NCBI GenBank assembly: GCA_032718475.1
Contig: JAUCBJ010006239.1
Location: 37,799 to 101,798 of the forward strand
Source of the DNA: Nemertoderma westbladi
Taxonomy: Eukaryota; Animalia; Xenacoelomorpha
DNA length: 64,000 nucleotides
Reading direction: 5' to 3'
How positions within the stretch are numbered: the stretch's first letter is position 1; each line of letters opens with the position of its first letter. The notes under the pieces were generated by a model. The model was not told where the DNA came from and did not search any database. It saw nothing but the letters and a program-made list of their open reading frames with translations. Below are positions 1-13,600 of this stretch, piece after piece. Both the position numbers and the translations under genes were made by a program.

Positions 1-1
1 A

Positions 2-1571
2 TCACCCGTGTTTCCCCTACAAGACGTGCGTCTTTGGTATTATTGCGATGAATGCCCTAGACCCAACCAACAAACGGAAAGACATAAACATCCGCGGAGA
101 CGTTGAGCTAAGCACAGTTTTACTCATTATACTTACGGGAGTTTCAAGCGAAACTTGTTCGATGTATCACCTACGCTCGCTGACTCAAATGGTCCTTAAA
201 TAAACTGATGATCAGAGTTCCGGAATACTCGGTCAGACCTCCTCATTCCATGGTGAGACCTCAGACTCTTGATCCTAATAGTATCACGGATCCTCCCGAA
301 CTGTACTCACTGCTCAAAGATCTAGTGTTACCCGAACAATTAATCGGTGGCACTCCGGTAGTGGGCTCTCTAGATATTCGCCCATCCTACCTAGCCGGAT
401 TGGGACGCGGACTTTTAATATTGCCGTTCAACCCGTATAATCGTCCCGGTTTAACCCCGATACAACCCGTCAGGAGAGCGTTGTACGAAACGCGTTAGAT
501 GCTATTTGACAAAAGATCGGAAAAGGAACTTTTGATTGTTTAGATAAACGTAAATTGCAGCAGCAAGTCCAAGCAGTAAAGGAATTAGCTTTACCTCAGT
601 TCGATCGAGAAATCCAGAATGTCGAGGAGGACATCGAACTTGGACGAACTTACTCTCTGCAAGAGTTTTTGAACAAACGCTTCCAACGACAAGCTGAGGA
701 AAATCAGCTCGAGGAGAAGCATCTCGAAATGGACAAGAGAGAAGAAACAGCTTTAGCCCAACCGGAAGCTCAAACCCTTATGACTGATCTCTATTCCAAA
801 ACCATCATGCATCCTTTGATGGTTCCCCATTTCGGAGACAAACTCTTCGCCACGGTACAACCCCAACCGGTTGATATCAAACTTAAGATCTAGAGATCTT
901 ATTGCTGACGCTCCTATGTTACATAGTCCGCCAATCGAGGCCGCTCCTGTCGACGGTATACTCGTTGAACCTCCAGACAATCGAGCGGATCTTGTCCGTC
1001 GTATGGTACATGAGGTCAACCTACGCGCTAGACCTTTACCAAACTCATTTTATGGGATCAAAGACCACCCATATTATGTCAATTTAACTCAATATTATAT
1101 GGTGAAACCAGAAGATCCTACATACAGTTTAAAGTTTCTACCATTGATAAATCCCATGGTGATTTGTTCATAAACTCGCATCTGGAGTTACAAGAAGTTC
1201 ATAGACGACCATATGAATATAAAGCCAGGGAACGCGAGTTGGAAAGAACCATCAAACAGAGGAAATTACTCACTACTCACGGTCCATCTACCGCTCTCGT
1301 GCAAACGACTCGTCAGGGACCAGTAAGAGCTGCTGTCTTGAAACGCACTTTAAAGGTTGTTCAACCTCGTTCCACTGAGGTTGATATTGATCAACCGGGT
1401 ACCTCGACCGGCGGATACACCAACCGTAACCCTAAACCTTCCGATGCAATTGTATTGCACCCCTCACCCAGGAGTTATAGCCCTCCTAGTAAAGTGGCTT
1501 GCCCCAAAGAGAAAAGGACTCTAGCTAGCCTCAAAAAACTTTGTAAATGCCGTTCACGTAAGAAGGACTAA
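2..1571 (+). pseudogene. Abutting/overlapping ORF fragments (2-199 with an internal stop, 208-498, 555-893, 871-1173, 1164-1571) of unknown product upstream of a 3' LTR; probably a frameshifted accessory gene of an LTR retrotransposon
   Basis: Five same-strand frames tile the region almost without gaps. No RT/IN/env motif recognised. Followed by a PPT and LTR at 1642-2283. Confidence 0.45.
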
Positions 1572-1649
1572 TAGTTTAGAGTATTTTTATATTTTAGAAA
1601 CTGTGATTTTATATATTTTATAGACTTAAATCCCATTTTCTGGGAACGG

Positions 1650-2283
1650 TGTAAAAGCTTTTGCGGACATAACACGTCATTTTTCCCGCAACGCGCAGTG
1701 TAGGTGCTTTTTGCGGACATAACAAGTCATTTTTGCCGCAATGCGCATAATACTCTAAAAGATTGGAGCTCAGATGACGAAATCTGTCAGCTGATTTCCT
1801 GTAAACGTGGAACCTCTTTGTTCTGCTCAGCCAATCAGAGCGATTTTCACTTTATGTTGGACAGGGGCCTACGGAAACCCGCGCAATGCATTACGGTCTT
1901 TGTTTACCTTTCTGAGCCTAAGAACCGGCTTGGAAATCTTCTGTACTTCTGTTGTGGAAGTTTCAGACTTTGGCCTAAACATCTGATGGCTTTGATTATA
2001 AGAACGTAAAACTATTAACTGATCATACTCAATTCAATTCAACTACTGAAACATTGCTTGTCATTCTACAATTCACATTGAAAATTGCTGCACATGGAAC
2101 ACTGCGTAAGTAACACATACTGACTGTTCACCGCATTATTTTGCTTCTGTTATTAATTGGTGTTATGTTAATGGATATTACTGTTATATTTGGAGAATAC
2201 CGATAAATAATCATAAAACCCCCAATCTTCTTGATTACTGAAGGTGAGAGGAACAGGTTTACCGGTAGCAACTGCGACTTACA
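1650..2283 (+). mobile_element. 3' LTR of an LTR retrotransposon, probably BEL/Pao (5' part lies outside the window)
   Basis: Purine tract GGGAACGG directly before TGTAA at 1650, like GGGAGCGG-TGT at 35261-35271. Ends GCGACTTACA (TGTAA/TTACA inverted ends; the 975-bp LTR ends TCGACTTTGACA). Internal ~45-bp direct repeat within 1657-1748. Only one copy, so the end is inferred. Confidence 0.6.
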
Positions 2284-3411
2284 TTATAGTGTTTTTTGTG
2301 TGAATTAAATGCTATTTCATAGTCCCTACATGTGTCAGTTGCGATCCTCCTTATATATGATCAAATTCAGTGACGGTCGGCAGATCAGTGCGAAGTAGTG
2401 TGAAGTAGTGTGAAGTCTTGTGAAGTAGTGTGAAGGTTAATAAAGCATCTCCTAAAGAATGCGCTTTTTACGAAACTCTTTGGCCATCTAGTTGTGATTA
2501 GTATAAGTCATAACTCTGTTTTCATACTTAAAGCGCCACGTCCTAAAGGAACTGTAAATATTTCCCCGAAAGTAAATATATTGTCAGTGATTTTATAGTA
2601 ACGATCAATCGAATAATACAGTAGGTCTACACTGCAATCACTTTCAAGGCATCCGAATCCAGTCTCCCTTAACTGTGGGTGAATGATCGCACACAGACTG
2701 GCTTCGGCGGATGTAACTTCAGTACATTAAATAATTGATATAGGCTAAAGTCGATTTATAAACAAGAGGACAACTAAAATTGGCAGGTTAAACTGCTAAA
2801 GGTCTAAAAGCGCGAACAGAAACCTTATTTTTGACGCAAAGCCCTGATAAATAGTGTGATGATAGTGAAAGGTAAGGAGGTCGCAAGTCCCTCAAAGCAG
2901 TGATCATCAACATCACTGACTAGTTCGATGACTAGTTGATATTATCACTTAGTAACCCCTTATAGAAGGTTTATAGTCCTAAAAATAAAATACTTAATAT
3001 AAATAAAATCATAAATCACAAATAAATAACAATATTTAACATTATAAATAATTAATTAATATAACAAATAATGCCAAAAAATCGCAGTCGGTCGTATTTG
3101 CTTTTTACTCATTTGGCACTCCTAAGACATCTATCCTACACTACTATCCTATCCTACTCTATCCTCCTATCATACTCTATCCTATCATGTGCCACGCTAT
3201 CTATCCTCCTATCCTAATCTACACTGCCATCTCCTATCCTATCCAACTCTATTCTAATATAACTATATCTATGTCCCGCCTCGTCTTCTGAAATATCCAT
3301 TCACCCTCCCTGGTGGGCAGCCGTTCACAAGCAATGCTATTAGGCTGTCCTCTTTTTCCTATATATTATATTAATATAAGGAACAAGATGGGTAACTACC
3401 TGAAATAAAAG

Positions 3412-4612
3412 AAACAAATGTGATCCAGTCTCCTATCACAAATGAACCCTACCTACAAATCAACACTTTAATAACAGCACGAATAACTATCTTATATATT
3501 AGAAAATACAGGACTTTTAGTCCGCCGAAAGGGGTATGTCTATTGTCTACACTACATACTACATTTGATAAAAATAAGGGGTTTCAGGATTTAAACACTG
3601 TTCCCGGGGAAACACAGCTCCATCATCAGCAGTGTAAAGTGAGTCCCTACCCTATCTAAATACAGCACAGTACCAATTGACCAATATAATACAGGAAATG
3701 AAACCAAATACTGAAATAGAGAAATAAACAAATCAGACCGGTAGTAAATAGATGAAACCCAAAAACTGATACTGATCAAATAATAATAATGACCAGAATA
3801 ATGACCAAATAGTGAACTACTATATCTAACCTGCATAACAAATAAATCTATAATGCCTGTATTGCACAGTCTTATAATAGAAATGTTATATAATGGTATG
3901 AATGCAACAGTAAATAACAACCCAAAGCCCATACAGACACCCAAACCCCCCCCCCCCCCCCCCCCAAACACTGATAGAATAATGATACCCAATAGAAACT
4001 CCCAGAACTAGAGTAACGGAAGCAACTAGCTTTCAATAGGCTACAAGAGGCATACTGCACAAGAAATATATAAGAAACAATATGGGTACAGTACAACCTG
4101 ACTGGCGAAATATATATATTGAAACAATGTGATCCAGTCTCCTCTCAAAAATGAAACCTGACTACAAATAAACACTTTCATAACTGCACGAATAACTATC
4201 CTATATATTAGAAAATACAGGAGTTTTAGTCCGCCGAAATGGGTAAGTCTACATACTAAATTTGATAAAAATAAAGGGTTTCAGGATTTAAACACTGTAC
4301 CCGGGAAACACAGCTCCATCATCAACAGTGTACTGTGAGTCCCTAACCCTATCTTAATACAGCACTTTACCTATTGACCAAGAAATAGGAAATGTAACCA
4401 AATACTGAAACAAACAACAGAAAAAAACAAATCAGACAGAAAGTAGATATAGATGAAACCCAAAATCTGATACCAGTAAAGCCTAAAACAAACTACCGAA
4501 GTAAATGCAACCAAAATAAGAAAGATCCAAAGTAAGAATATTGTCCAAATTGTGTACCACTATATCTAACCTGCATAACAAATAAATATATAATGGCTGT
4601 ATTGCACAGTCT
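3412..4612. repeat. Diverged direct duplication (~460-490 bp; 3412-3872 and 4122-4612)
   Basis: Shared TGTGATCCAGTCTCCT...TTTTAGTCCGCCGAAA...CAGCTCCATCATCA...GTATTGCACAGTCT in both copies. Confidence 0.85.
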
Positions 4613-5050
4613 AAATAAGTGTTTATTTGTAAGTAGGTTTCATTTTTGATAGGAAACTGGTTTCTATATTTTAGATTTTTTAGATTTGGATTTTTAGATT
4701 TGTTTCTATATTATATACTAAAGTGGGAAGGGAAATAAAGTTATTATTAATAGCTAATGATAATTAATGCAAACTAACAATAATTAATTAACGATAACAG
4801 AGCACTACATATTTACTTATTATTTTAACAAATTAAGGAAAATGATATATTTATTAATTAGTAACACAACACAAAAAAAAAACAAATTAAATATAATATA
4901 ATACAATAATTACTGTAATCAGTAGTTACCCAAATCAGCGCCACGCATTAATTATAATAATATATATATATATATATATATATTACAATTATGTGTGCGT
5001 TAATTATTGTGTATATATGGGTAAAAATAAAATAAAACAACAAAACAACA

Positions 5051-5524
5051 ACAAGTGAGGAGGTTAAAAATTAGGAGGTTACAAGTAAGGAGGTTACGAG
5101 TGATGAGGCTACACGTGAGGGGTAATGAGTGAGGAGGTTACGAGTGAGGGGTTACAAGTAAGGAGGTTCCTATTGAGGAGGTTACAAGTGTGGAGGTTCC
5201 AAGTGAAGATGTTACAAGTGAGGAAGTTACGTGTGAGGAGGTTACAAGTGAGGAAGTTACGTGTGAGGAGGTTACAAGTGTGGGGTTACAAGTGAGAAGG
5301 TCCAAGTGAGGAGAATACAAGTGAGGAAGTTCCAAGTGACGAGATTACGAATGAGAAGGTTATGAGTGAGGAAGTTAAGAGTAAGGAAGTTACAAGTGAG
5401 GAGGCTACAAGTGAGGAGGTTACAAGTGAGGAGGCTACAAGTGAGGAGGCTACAAGTGAGGAGGTTACAAGTGAGGAGGCTACAAGTGAGGAGGTTGCAA
5501 GTGAGGAGGTTACATGTGAGGTGG
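5051..5524. repeat. 15-bp minisatellite (GTTACAAGTGAGGAG)n, ~30 degenerate copies
   Basis: Directly visible. It explains the RRLQV and VTSS pseudo-ORFs. Confidence 0.95.
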
Positions 5525-5655
5525 TTTTACTTTGAGGGTGCCTCAGACCTTAAATCTGAGACTTTAGGGCTGTCTGAGACCTTAAATCCGAGTCATACGA
5601 CGGAACGAGGCGCAAATCCCATCTCAGCAAATTAATAATTTGCATCAATGTTAAA

Positions 5656-6259
5656 TGTGATGGGATCCGAGTTGGCGAGGGATCCCGACCAGTGTGTGTT
5701 TCAAGTTGTATAGGCAATATGCATCGCCGCGTCCACTTAATCACTGAAAGGTTGTTAAGGGGCTGAAAGGCCGACAGGCCGGTGCAACAAAGATAGACTT
5801 TAGTTTTTGTTGTTGATAATCTCAGATGTATGAGTACCGGTAATACAGCACAATCAGTATTGCACAATGACAGCAGTAACGATGATGGTTTAAACTGTTT
5901 AACTTCTACTCTGAATATTAGCCAACTGAATCATAATTAACACTGAGTAACAGTTATATGGACATTACATGGAAGATTAGACACATTGCTTACTGTATTG
6001 ACCTACCAATAAATACGCGATGGTGTACCGCCCCACTATTGGTTGGTTTACTTCCCGCAGCCACTCCCTTTACTTCCTGGCCCTGTGCTTGCTTCCTCCT
6101 GAGATGTATTGGCATCTCTCTGTAACTGGCAGTCTATATTGCCTCGATCCCTCCGGTATGCAATATTGCATTGGGCAATATTGCCTATCTAGTCGTAATT
6201 GGTAAATCATAACTTTCCCCATTTTCCACTGGGGGTGCAGGGGATTGGATCCGCTAACA
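5656..6259 (-). mobile_element. 3' LTR (604 bp) of a degenerate BEL/Pao-derived element related to the 42554-50065 element
   Basis: Ends TGTGATGGGATCCGAG and GCTAACA resemble TGTGACGGGATCCGAG and GCTAACA of the 560-bp LTRs. The adjacent 6260-6450 is homologous to 43114-43330. Confidence 0.85.
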
Positions 6260-9200
6260 CTCCCACACGATATCTTCCCGATGAGAAGATATCATCAACC
6301 TCAAGTGCGCTCCAATTCCGCTGAAATCCAATCTAATATTGGATGTGGGGTGGTATATTTTTTTTTGGGGCCAGTTTTTCAAATTGGCCCCTGTGGGTAT
6401 GCTCTCACTACCCACCTCCTGGCATCTCTATTTAGACATTCGCCTCTCTTCCTCACTCAATTTTCTTTGGATATTTATTATCCAAATATTATTATCTCTC
6501 CATTACTTCCTCACCTCATTAGTCCAATAGGACTCATCCTCCATTCAGCTCACTCTCCACATTTGAATTTCATGCCCATTACCCTTCCTCAAACTCTCAC
6601 ACCTCTTCATCATACCCCTCCTTTACTCAACCCCATTTTACTCTCACTCTCTATACTCCTGTTGGGTCCCCACAACCTTGCATGTGCACGCTGTATATAT
6701 TGTAATTGGGTCCTTTTTCTCATCCTCCTGTTTCAGTCAATTAGTCCCCAGTCCCAGTAACTAATTGGAAAAGGTTATATCTGACTATAGTACATTGTAT
6801 TTATTATAGATCTATGTATTGCACTTTTCGATTGATTACATATGGTATGCATTAATTTTATACTCATATAAAAAGGTTTGAACCTTGAGTATCAGTTAGT
6901 ATTAAACCTTGTGGTGCCTTCCAGGAATATCAATACAGTCTGGTATCAATCCCAAAGTTTCCCTTCCGTTTCTTCCAGAAACCACCCCATCCCCTTGCCT
7001 CTGTCATCATCCTGTCTCGGGAGTTTCTTCTCCTCTTGTTTGATCTTTGGAGCACTCTTCTGCGCCAATACAGCTTTGCCAATCCCCGTTGTTGGATCCT
7101 TGGGTGTGGCCGTTATCATCTCACGGTATCACTTCGCTGGTGGTCCCACTGAGTGTCCCTCCTGCTTTCCTCTTGTAACGTCGCACATGATGATCCCTAC
7201 CTGTAGAGGTACCATTGGGTGTTAATAACCCCTCCGTGTGGTGCCACCGTTGCCACCTCCTGGTAGGTGAATAGCAGTCTCCTCCTAGTGATCTCTTGGT
7301 GGGCCCCTTGGTTAATGTTAAAGAACCCCCACCGGAACTCCTGGGCCTTCATCCTTGGTCACTGACATCTGACATCGGCCCAATCCTCGTAAATGCGAAA
7401 CTTCTCCTCGTCGTTCATCCAGAATTAGAATTATTTTTTATTCTCAAAAATGCATGACTAACATAACATTGTTTGCAGCACCAAACAGAATCTGCTGGGT
7501 ACTAGGGATGGATGGGTGGGCCTCCACTATAGCAGTGCTAGTGTAGCTTTAGCCCACCCACGTATTAATGAGAAATGGTGGATGGTGGGACAATAGAAAG
7601 GCGGAACACAGGTGGTGGTTCTGAAATTTAAAATAATACAAACCAAACCAAGTGTGGTGGGATTGAGGCGTGGCCCGTGGCAGTAAATTTATTTTATTTT
7701 GGTGGGTGTTTTTATTTGATATCAAGTATAGATTTATTAATAAATGTTTAGTTAGGGGATTAACTGATACAAAAATATTGAGCGAAAGGAATAATTTTTT
7801 AGAAGATTAGAAGAGTTTTTGGTAAACGTGGATTAATACAAGACAATCGATTAGGATGGGAGGATGGCAGATCAAAGGATCAGAACCATTAATACGAATC
7901 AATCCAGTTGCATTGATGCTCAAAGTGCCCCCTAAATCTGCACTTACTACATCTATGGTGTAGTTTCGGCATGAGCCCATCCTATGGGTAGAGTCATGGC
8001 AGTACAGACATGTTGCATCCTTGTCGTAACAATACAGACAGTTATTCTGCTGGTGGGTTAACCACCCAAAGTCGTTGCAGCCGTCTATCACAGTCTTTCT
8101 CCCGAGCTTGTCCTTGGCTCCACGCAACCGTCTGGGTCTGTGGAGCCGCTGATACGTGAATTTTTCCAACCTATCGTCTCTACCCATGTCGATGTCCTCT
8201 TCTTCCCTCAGCATTGTCTCCCCAAACACCACCTGTGGTGCTGTCCTTGCTTGCCTAGTCGGATCGCATCCGCCAGGAAATTCGTCGCCGGCACTCCATG
8301 CTCCCAGGCTTGCTTGCTGGGGGGATCCCAGAAGGCTCTTGCCCCACCACTCTCCCATCCACCTAGTCCGTGTTCGACCGACCGATGCTCTCTATTGGTG
8401 GCATCTCCTCGAACTCGTCTCCCTCCATCTCCTCTACCACAAACAGTTCTAAACCTGGGATCGCGGTTGATTTACCATGTCCCTTCCCAGCCTGGTACTC
8501 GCCAATAACACTCCTGTCTTCCGTCACTCTCGGTCTCTTCCTCATGAAGTCGTCCTCGGACCCCCTGGGCATTGGCAATCTCTGCAATCCAGATGTTGAC
8601 TATATTGGCGATTTCTCCATCCACTCTATCTTGTCTTCTATCCGAAACGTGCCCGAGGTCTCCTCAGTCACATCTTGGTGTTATTGCTCATATCTGACAC
8701 CGTCCTGTTTTCAATTTCATGACCTTGTCTTTTCTTGATATCGTGGTCACTGCCATCTTTAGTTAAGGCTTTAGTTGGCTTAGTCTTTATTCCTCTTCTT
8801 CCAGCCAACCAACTTTCCGTTAGCGTGAATGCTGCCCCACTATCGACTATCGACTGTTGTTATCGATAGTCTATTTTCCCCTATTCTTACTAGTACTACT
8901 CCAAGCAGTACTGTTTCTTTCCTCTTAATATCAGTGGTGATTGTCGCCATTATCTGGCCTCCAGTTTTGTCGGTCTTAGCATACTTAGGCGGCTGTCCTT
9001 CTACTGCACATCGATGGCATAGTCCAAATCTCCCCATGAAGGCTATTCAATCTTGTTTAAGCAATGCCTGCCAAGGCTTACAGTTGATGTGCCCCATTTC
9101 TATGCAATTGACATTTGTAGTCGGGGTTGTAGAATTCCTTATATAGCGCAGTGTATTGCGTTTAAGTTCATGACGGGTGATTTAGTGTTTTGGTTGTTTG

Positions 9201-10650
9201 GGCTCGGCCTACTGAGGGTATTTGTTATATTACTACTGTAATTGTTATTCTGTCTCTGTCCCTGCCACGATGTGGTTTTGTTTCCAGGTCTCTGTGGACT
9301 TCTAATCCCTTGTGTAGCCGCATACGGTAGTGACTGTGTCACTTTTGGAAGTGCATTTGCTGCACTATGTTCAGATTTAGGTCTATTATACTCTGCTTTC
9401 GGTACTTTGCCGAGACTGTCCCCACTGTATACTGGATCCGTTATTAACTCCGCTTCATAGTTGAGGAAGTTCGACATATCTTCCAACCCTGGTTCTGCAC
9501 CCTTCTTTTCTCGAGTGAAAAAAGCGATCTATCTCCATTTGTTCCCTAACCATTTCAGTAGTGCCTGCGCTATCGTTGTGATGTTGTTTGAAGCATTAAG
9601 TTCATAGTGTGCTTCAAGCGTCTTTAAAACAATCAATGCTTTCTCTATACTGGTTGCAAAAACTTTATTACTGACAGGGTTATCCGCAAGTCCGCCTGAT
9701 GTTATTCCCCTTAAGGTTTGTCGGATAATATTTGCCGGATGGCAAAATTCCATATCCAGGGCTCTCCATGCTGCTGTAAAACCTCCTTCAATTCCCTGGT
9801 ATTGCCTTACAATATCATAGGCTGGCCCCCCTGTGTAAACTTGTAAATACTTAAGGCACTCCGCCTGTCAGATTCTTTGTAAGAATTTTGTTACTATACA
9901 TCCTCTGGAACTGTAAATATTCTTCCGGCTTGCTACCATCTAATTTGAAAGGTTCTCAATGTGGTAACTCTATTCTAGTTTTTAACGCGTCAATGGGTGT
10001 TGCCATTCCCATAGCTTGAAATCGATCTACCTTATGTGAATCGTGCAGCTATTGGATGCCAAAGGAATGCCAAAGGAAGTGTTTGAGAACCTTTACATTT
10101 TGATCCGATTATTCCGCTAGAGGGAAAGGGATTGAAACGTACAGGTATGGTATATCGATTGTGCTCTACAGCAGTAACATGTTTTGAGGCCACAATAAAA
10201 GAAGTAATAAGGAAAGATAAGTGCTGTTTTTTAGTAAAGGTGAAGCGATTATTTACACTACCATTCTCCTTCCGTCCTCCGAGCGGGTTCGACGTTCCCT
10301 CGTTTGGCCATTTGCGACATGAACGCTTCTTCCCCTATCCAGTTGTATGTCCTCGTAGATATTTGGGAACGCTCTATTCCTTCTGTCATTGGGAGCCCTG
10401 GTTTATTTGAATCACCGCGCGCATTCCCCACTGACATCTGTGGGGCATTTATTGCCCCTTCCCCTTCTCGCCACTAGCTGGTTGCGGTGGGGCACCCGTA
10501 GCCCCCCTTCACCCGTCACTTCTAGTTTTGCCCCCTTTATCTCTCTCTCCACGCTCTCTTCCAGTCGACATGTTACTTCTGTTATCCCTGGGTTCATTTG
10601 CCTGCGTTTCCCTATGCGTTTCCACGCAGATATGTCTTTCATTCGATGGT
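6260..10650 (-). pseudogene. Internal region of a degenerate Gag-protease BEL/Pao-derived element; 5'-truncated, no RT/RH/IN detected
   Basis: Fragments match the 44334-47747 protein: HPANIIRQTLRGITSGGLADNPVS, ELNASNNITTIAQAL, FLNYEAELITDPVYS, LCHRCAVEG, VLLGVV, KLEVTGEGGLRVPH. Many stops and frameshifts. The ~10020-10400 segment looks unrelated. Confidence 0.85.
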
Positions 10651-10656
10651 CAAGTC

Positions 10657-13600
10657 ATGGAAGTCGGGTCCTTGAAACCAAAAAGACTTATTGTCTGGTT
10701 TGCAGAAGTTTATGGGCATCATCCCCCGTGACACGATGTCAGCCGGGTTCAGTTTCCCTGGGCAGTGATGCTAGTTTTGTTTGAGCGACCTATCTAGTAT
10801 TTCAGACCATCTGTTAGCTACAAAGGTTTTGAACTGAAATGTTTCATTGTTAATGTACCAAAGTACCAAGGTAGCGTCAGTCTAATATGTAACCTTTAGG
10901 TTCGCTTCTAGCTCGTGTTGAACTAGACCAACGATTTCGGCAGATATCCTCCCGGCCTGAAGCTCTACTCAAGGTACTGTCAAATATTTCAGAGGCATTG
11001 TTTTCGCCTTGGATGTAATAATTGATACCTCAAAACTGTCTGATGTCACCTGTCTACGTAGGTATAAAGTAATCCCCAATCCATCCTTGCTAGCGTCACT
11101 AAAGCTGTGTAGCTCCAGATCTTCGGTAAAGGTGGACAAGTATACCCTTGGTATGGTAAAGTCCTGTAGGAGTTGCAACTGCGCCTCCCAGCCCCTCCAC
11201 TGTTCGGCCAGTTTTTTTGGAATGGGATCATCCCACTCCAGACCAGCTTGCCAAATTCTGCAGAGTATGATCGTTGTGTGTAGGATCACTGGACTAATGA
11301 AGCAAAGAGGGTCATAGAAACGACTCATTGTCGACAGACAGGTTCTCTTTGACAGAGGCATTGTCTAGTCATTTGCATTTACGTGCACCCTAAAGTCGTC
11401 CGTATTTGGGTCCCAACTAAGTCCTAGGACTTTTGTCATGGGCAGAGGTTCTAGGTCTAGGTTTAGTGCACCCCCGGTACGGTCAATGGGGTCAAAGGAG
11501 TTTACTGGTTTGGGGTTATTGGAGGAGAACATAGTAAGATAAAAACCTCCATTTGCGAGGCAGTTCTGGAGCTGGTGCACTTCAGTTATATCATGATCCA
11601 GAGTGTTGCAACTCTTGAGGCCATCAACCATGTAAACATCTGGGTCTAATCTGTCGCGTTGATCTAAAGCTATCTGCTTCAGAGCATATATGGTGCAGTT
11701 TGGGCTGTCCCTGGCCCCGAAAATTCTAATCTGCATTTGGTAGGTTTCTGGTGGAAGGTTTAAATTTCCATCTGGGTACCACAAGAACCTCAAACTGTCT
11801 ATGTCCCTCTCCAAAGCTTGAACCTGGAGGAACATGTCTTCCACGTCACAGGTGAAAGCTACTCTGCATTGTCTAAAACACATCAGGACCCCCAAGAGGT
11901 AATTGTTCATATTGGGCCCATCCATCAATTCGGTGCTCATAGACATCCCTTGGTAAAGGGCGGCGCAGCTGTTCACAATGCACTCTTTACCAGGTTTGTC
12001 TGGATGTCGCATGAAATGAGGTGGCAGGTAATGTATCTGGTCCGTGGTTACCTCAGGGTTTGCCATCCTGCGTTGTAATGCATATGGGCCTTCTCATCAC
12101 GCAATAAGTGCTGTCATATCGATCTAAGTTGTTTTAACGCCAGTGGATAATTGTTGATGAGCTTGGGTTGTCCATGGGGCCACAACATCCCAACCTCATA
12201 GTGGCCATTTCCGTTCTGGTGAATGGTATCTTCCATAATCTTTAAAGACTTTTTTGCCTGTCCTGATATGGCAATCTCGTAACTACCTGGTTCTGCCGTG
12301 TCCTGTTCCAACCAATTTTTGGTTTTCTCAGACATTTCTTTGTTAAGCGCTGCTTGGTCATGGTCCTCGTCTATGTTGTCATTTGATACTGTAGCCAGTG
12401 ACAATTTGTCTGGTAGGCTCACAAGCCTTCCAGTGTCACTAGTCAGTATCGTAATGCTGTGAGGTGGTTCAACAAACTTTGGATCAATTGGTAGGCTCGC
12501 AAGCCTTCCAAGATACATCCACCATTGTCGATAGTAGTAGTAGTTTTATTGACCTAATATATATAACATTATACATAATTATAATATGATAGCGCAAGCA
12601 CAACAATAACATATAGTCACCCTGTTGACAATACTGGAAAGAAAAAAAAAATCTTCAATCATTAATTAAGTCCATCTAATGGTAGTCGTTTAAAAATAAT
12701 ATAACTTCACAAAAACAAAAAAAAACAAAAATTGAATATTAATAGGTATCGAGTTTGTAAAGCCTGTAATACTTAGTACTGACCTCTGTATAATTGATAC
12801 AGACAACTTAATATTGCTAACTGCTAAGTATATATCTCTAATACTTCTGTGATAAAACGGCACAAATAAGTATTATTTTTGTTAGAACAAAATAAATTGC
12901 TTAGACTTATACTAGTGGAATTTATTTCCTTATATTTAGCTCGTAATTGATTAGTTAGTGGGCAATGTAGTAGGACGTGCGTTTCGTCTTGGATTGAGTT
13001 GTTGTCGCACTGGCAAACTCGGAGCTCGCGTGGTTTGCGACTCCACCTTCCCGTTTCGACAGCTAGCCTGTGGGACATTAGTCTTATGCGACTAAAGCTA
13101 ATTCTGAGGTTGTCTGGAACATATTGGGTACGATTCCTATAAATATCATGACACTTCAGGTCCGGGTTCAATGTGTTGCGATATGTCAGGTACTTCGTTT
13201 CCACAGTGGGTTTTTTCAGAATTCTAGAACGAACTGCAGCCCAGGGATCTGTATCGTCAAAGTTCAACGCATTCTGAATAAAGCGAAATCCAGGGGATTG
13301 TGCCACCTAGCACATTTCAAAAGCCAAATTAAATGGGATTTCCATATCCGGGTTCTTAAGAATCTTTGTTATAAACGTCTTCCTAGCGTGCAATATTCGA
13401 TATGACAATGGGGCAATGCCAGCTTCCATAAGGCACAGGTCAATTGGTGTTTGAATGCGAACTGATAGTAAGCATTTTACCATTCTATCGAAATACTTCT
13501 GTATTACTCCAGTGCTGTCTGTAAACCATGATTCAGCGCTATACAATAGCAAGGCCATCACGCAGGCTTCAAAGACTTGTCGCTTGAATACAAACGAGAC

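Noticed and set aside
1-1571. Polinton/adintovirus gene cluster
   Set aside because: No pPolB, ATPase, capsid or protease motif recognised, and a PPT plus LTR-like sequence follows.
5138-5635. ORFs with VTSS and RRLQV repeats
   Set aside because: Translations of a 15-bp minisatellite.
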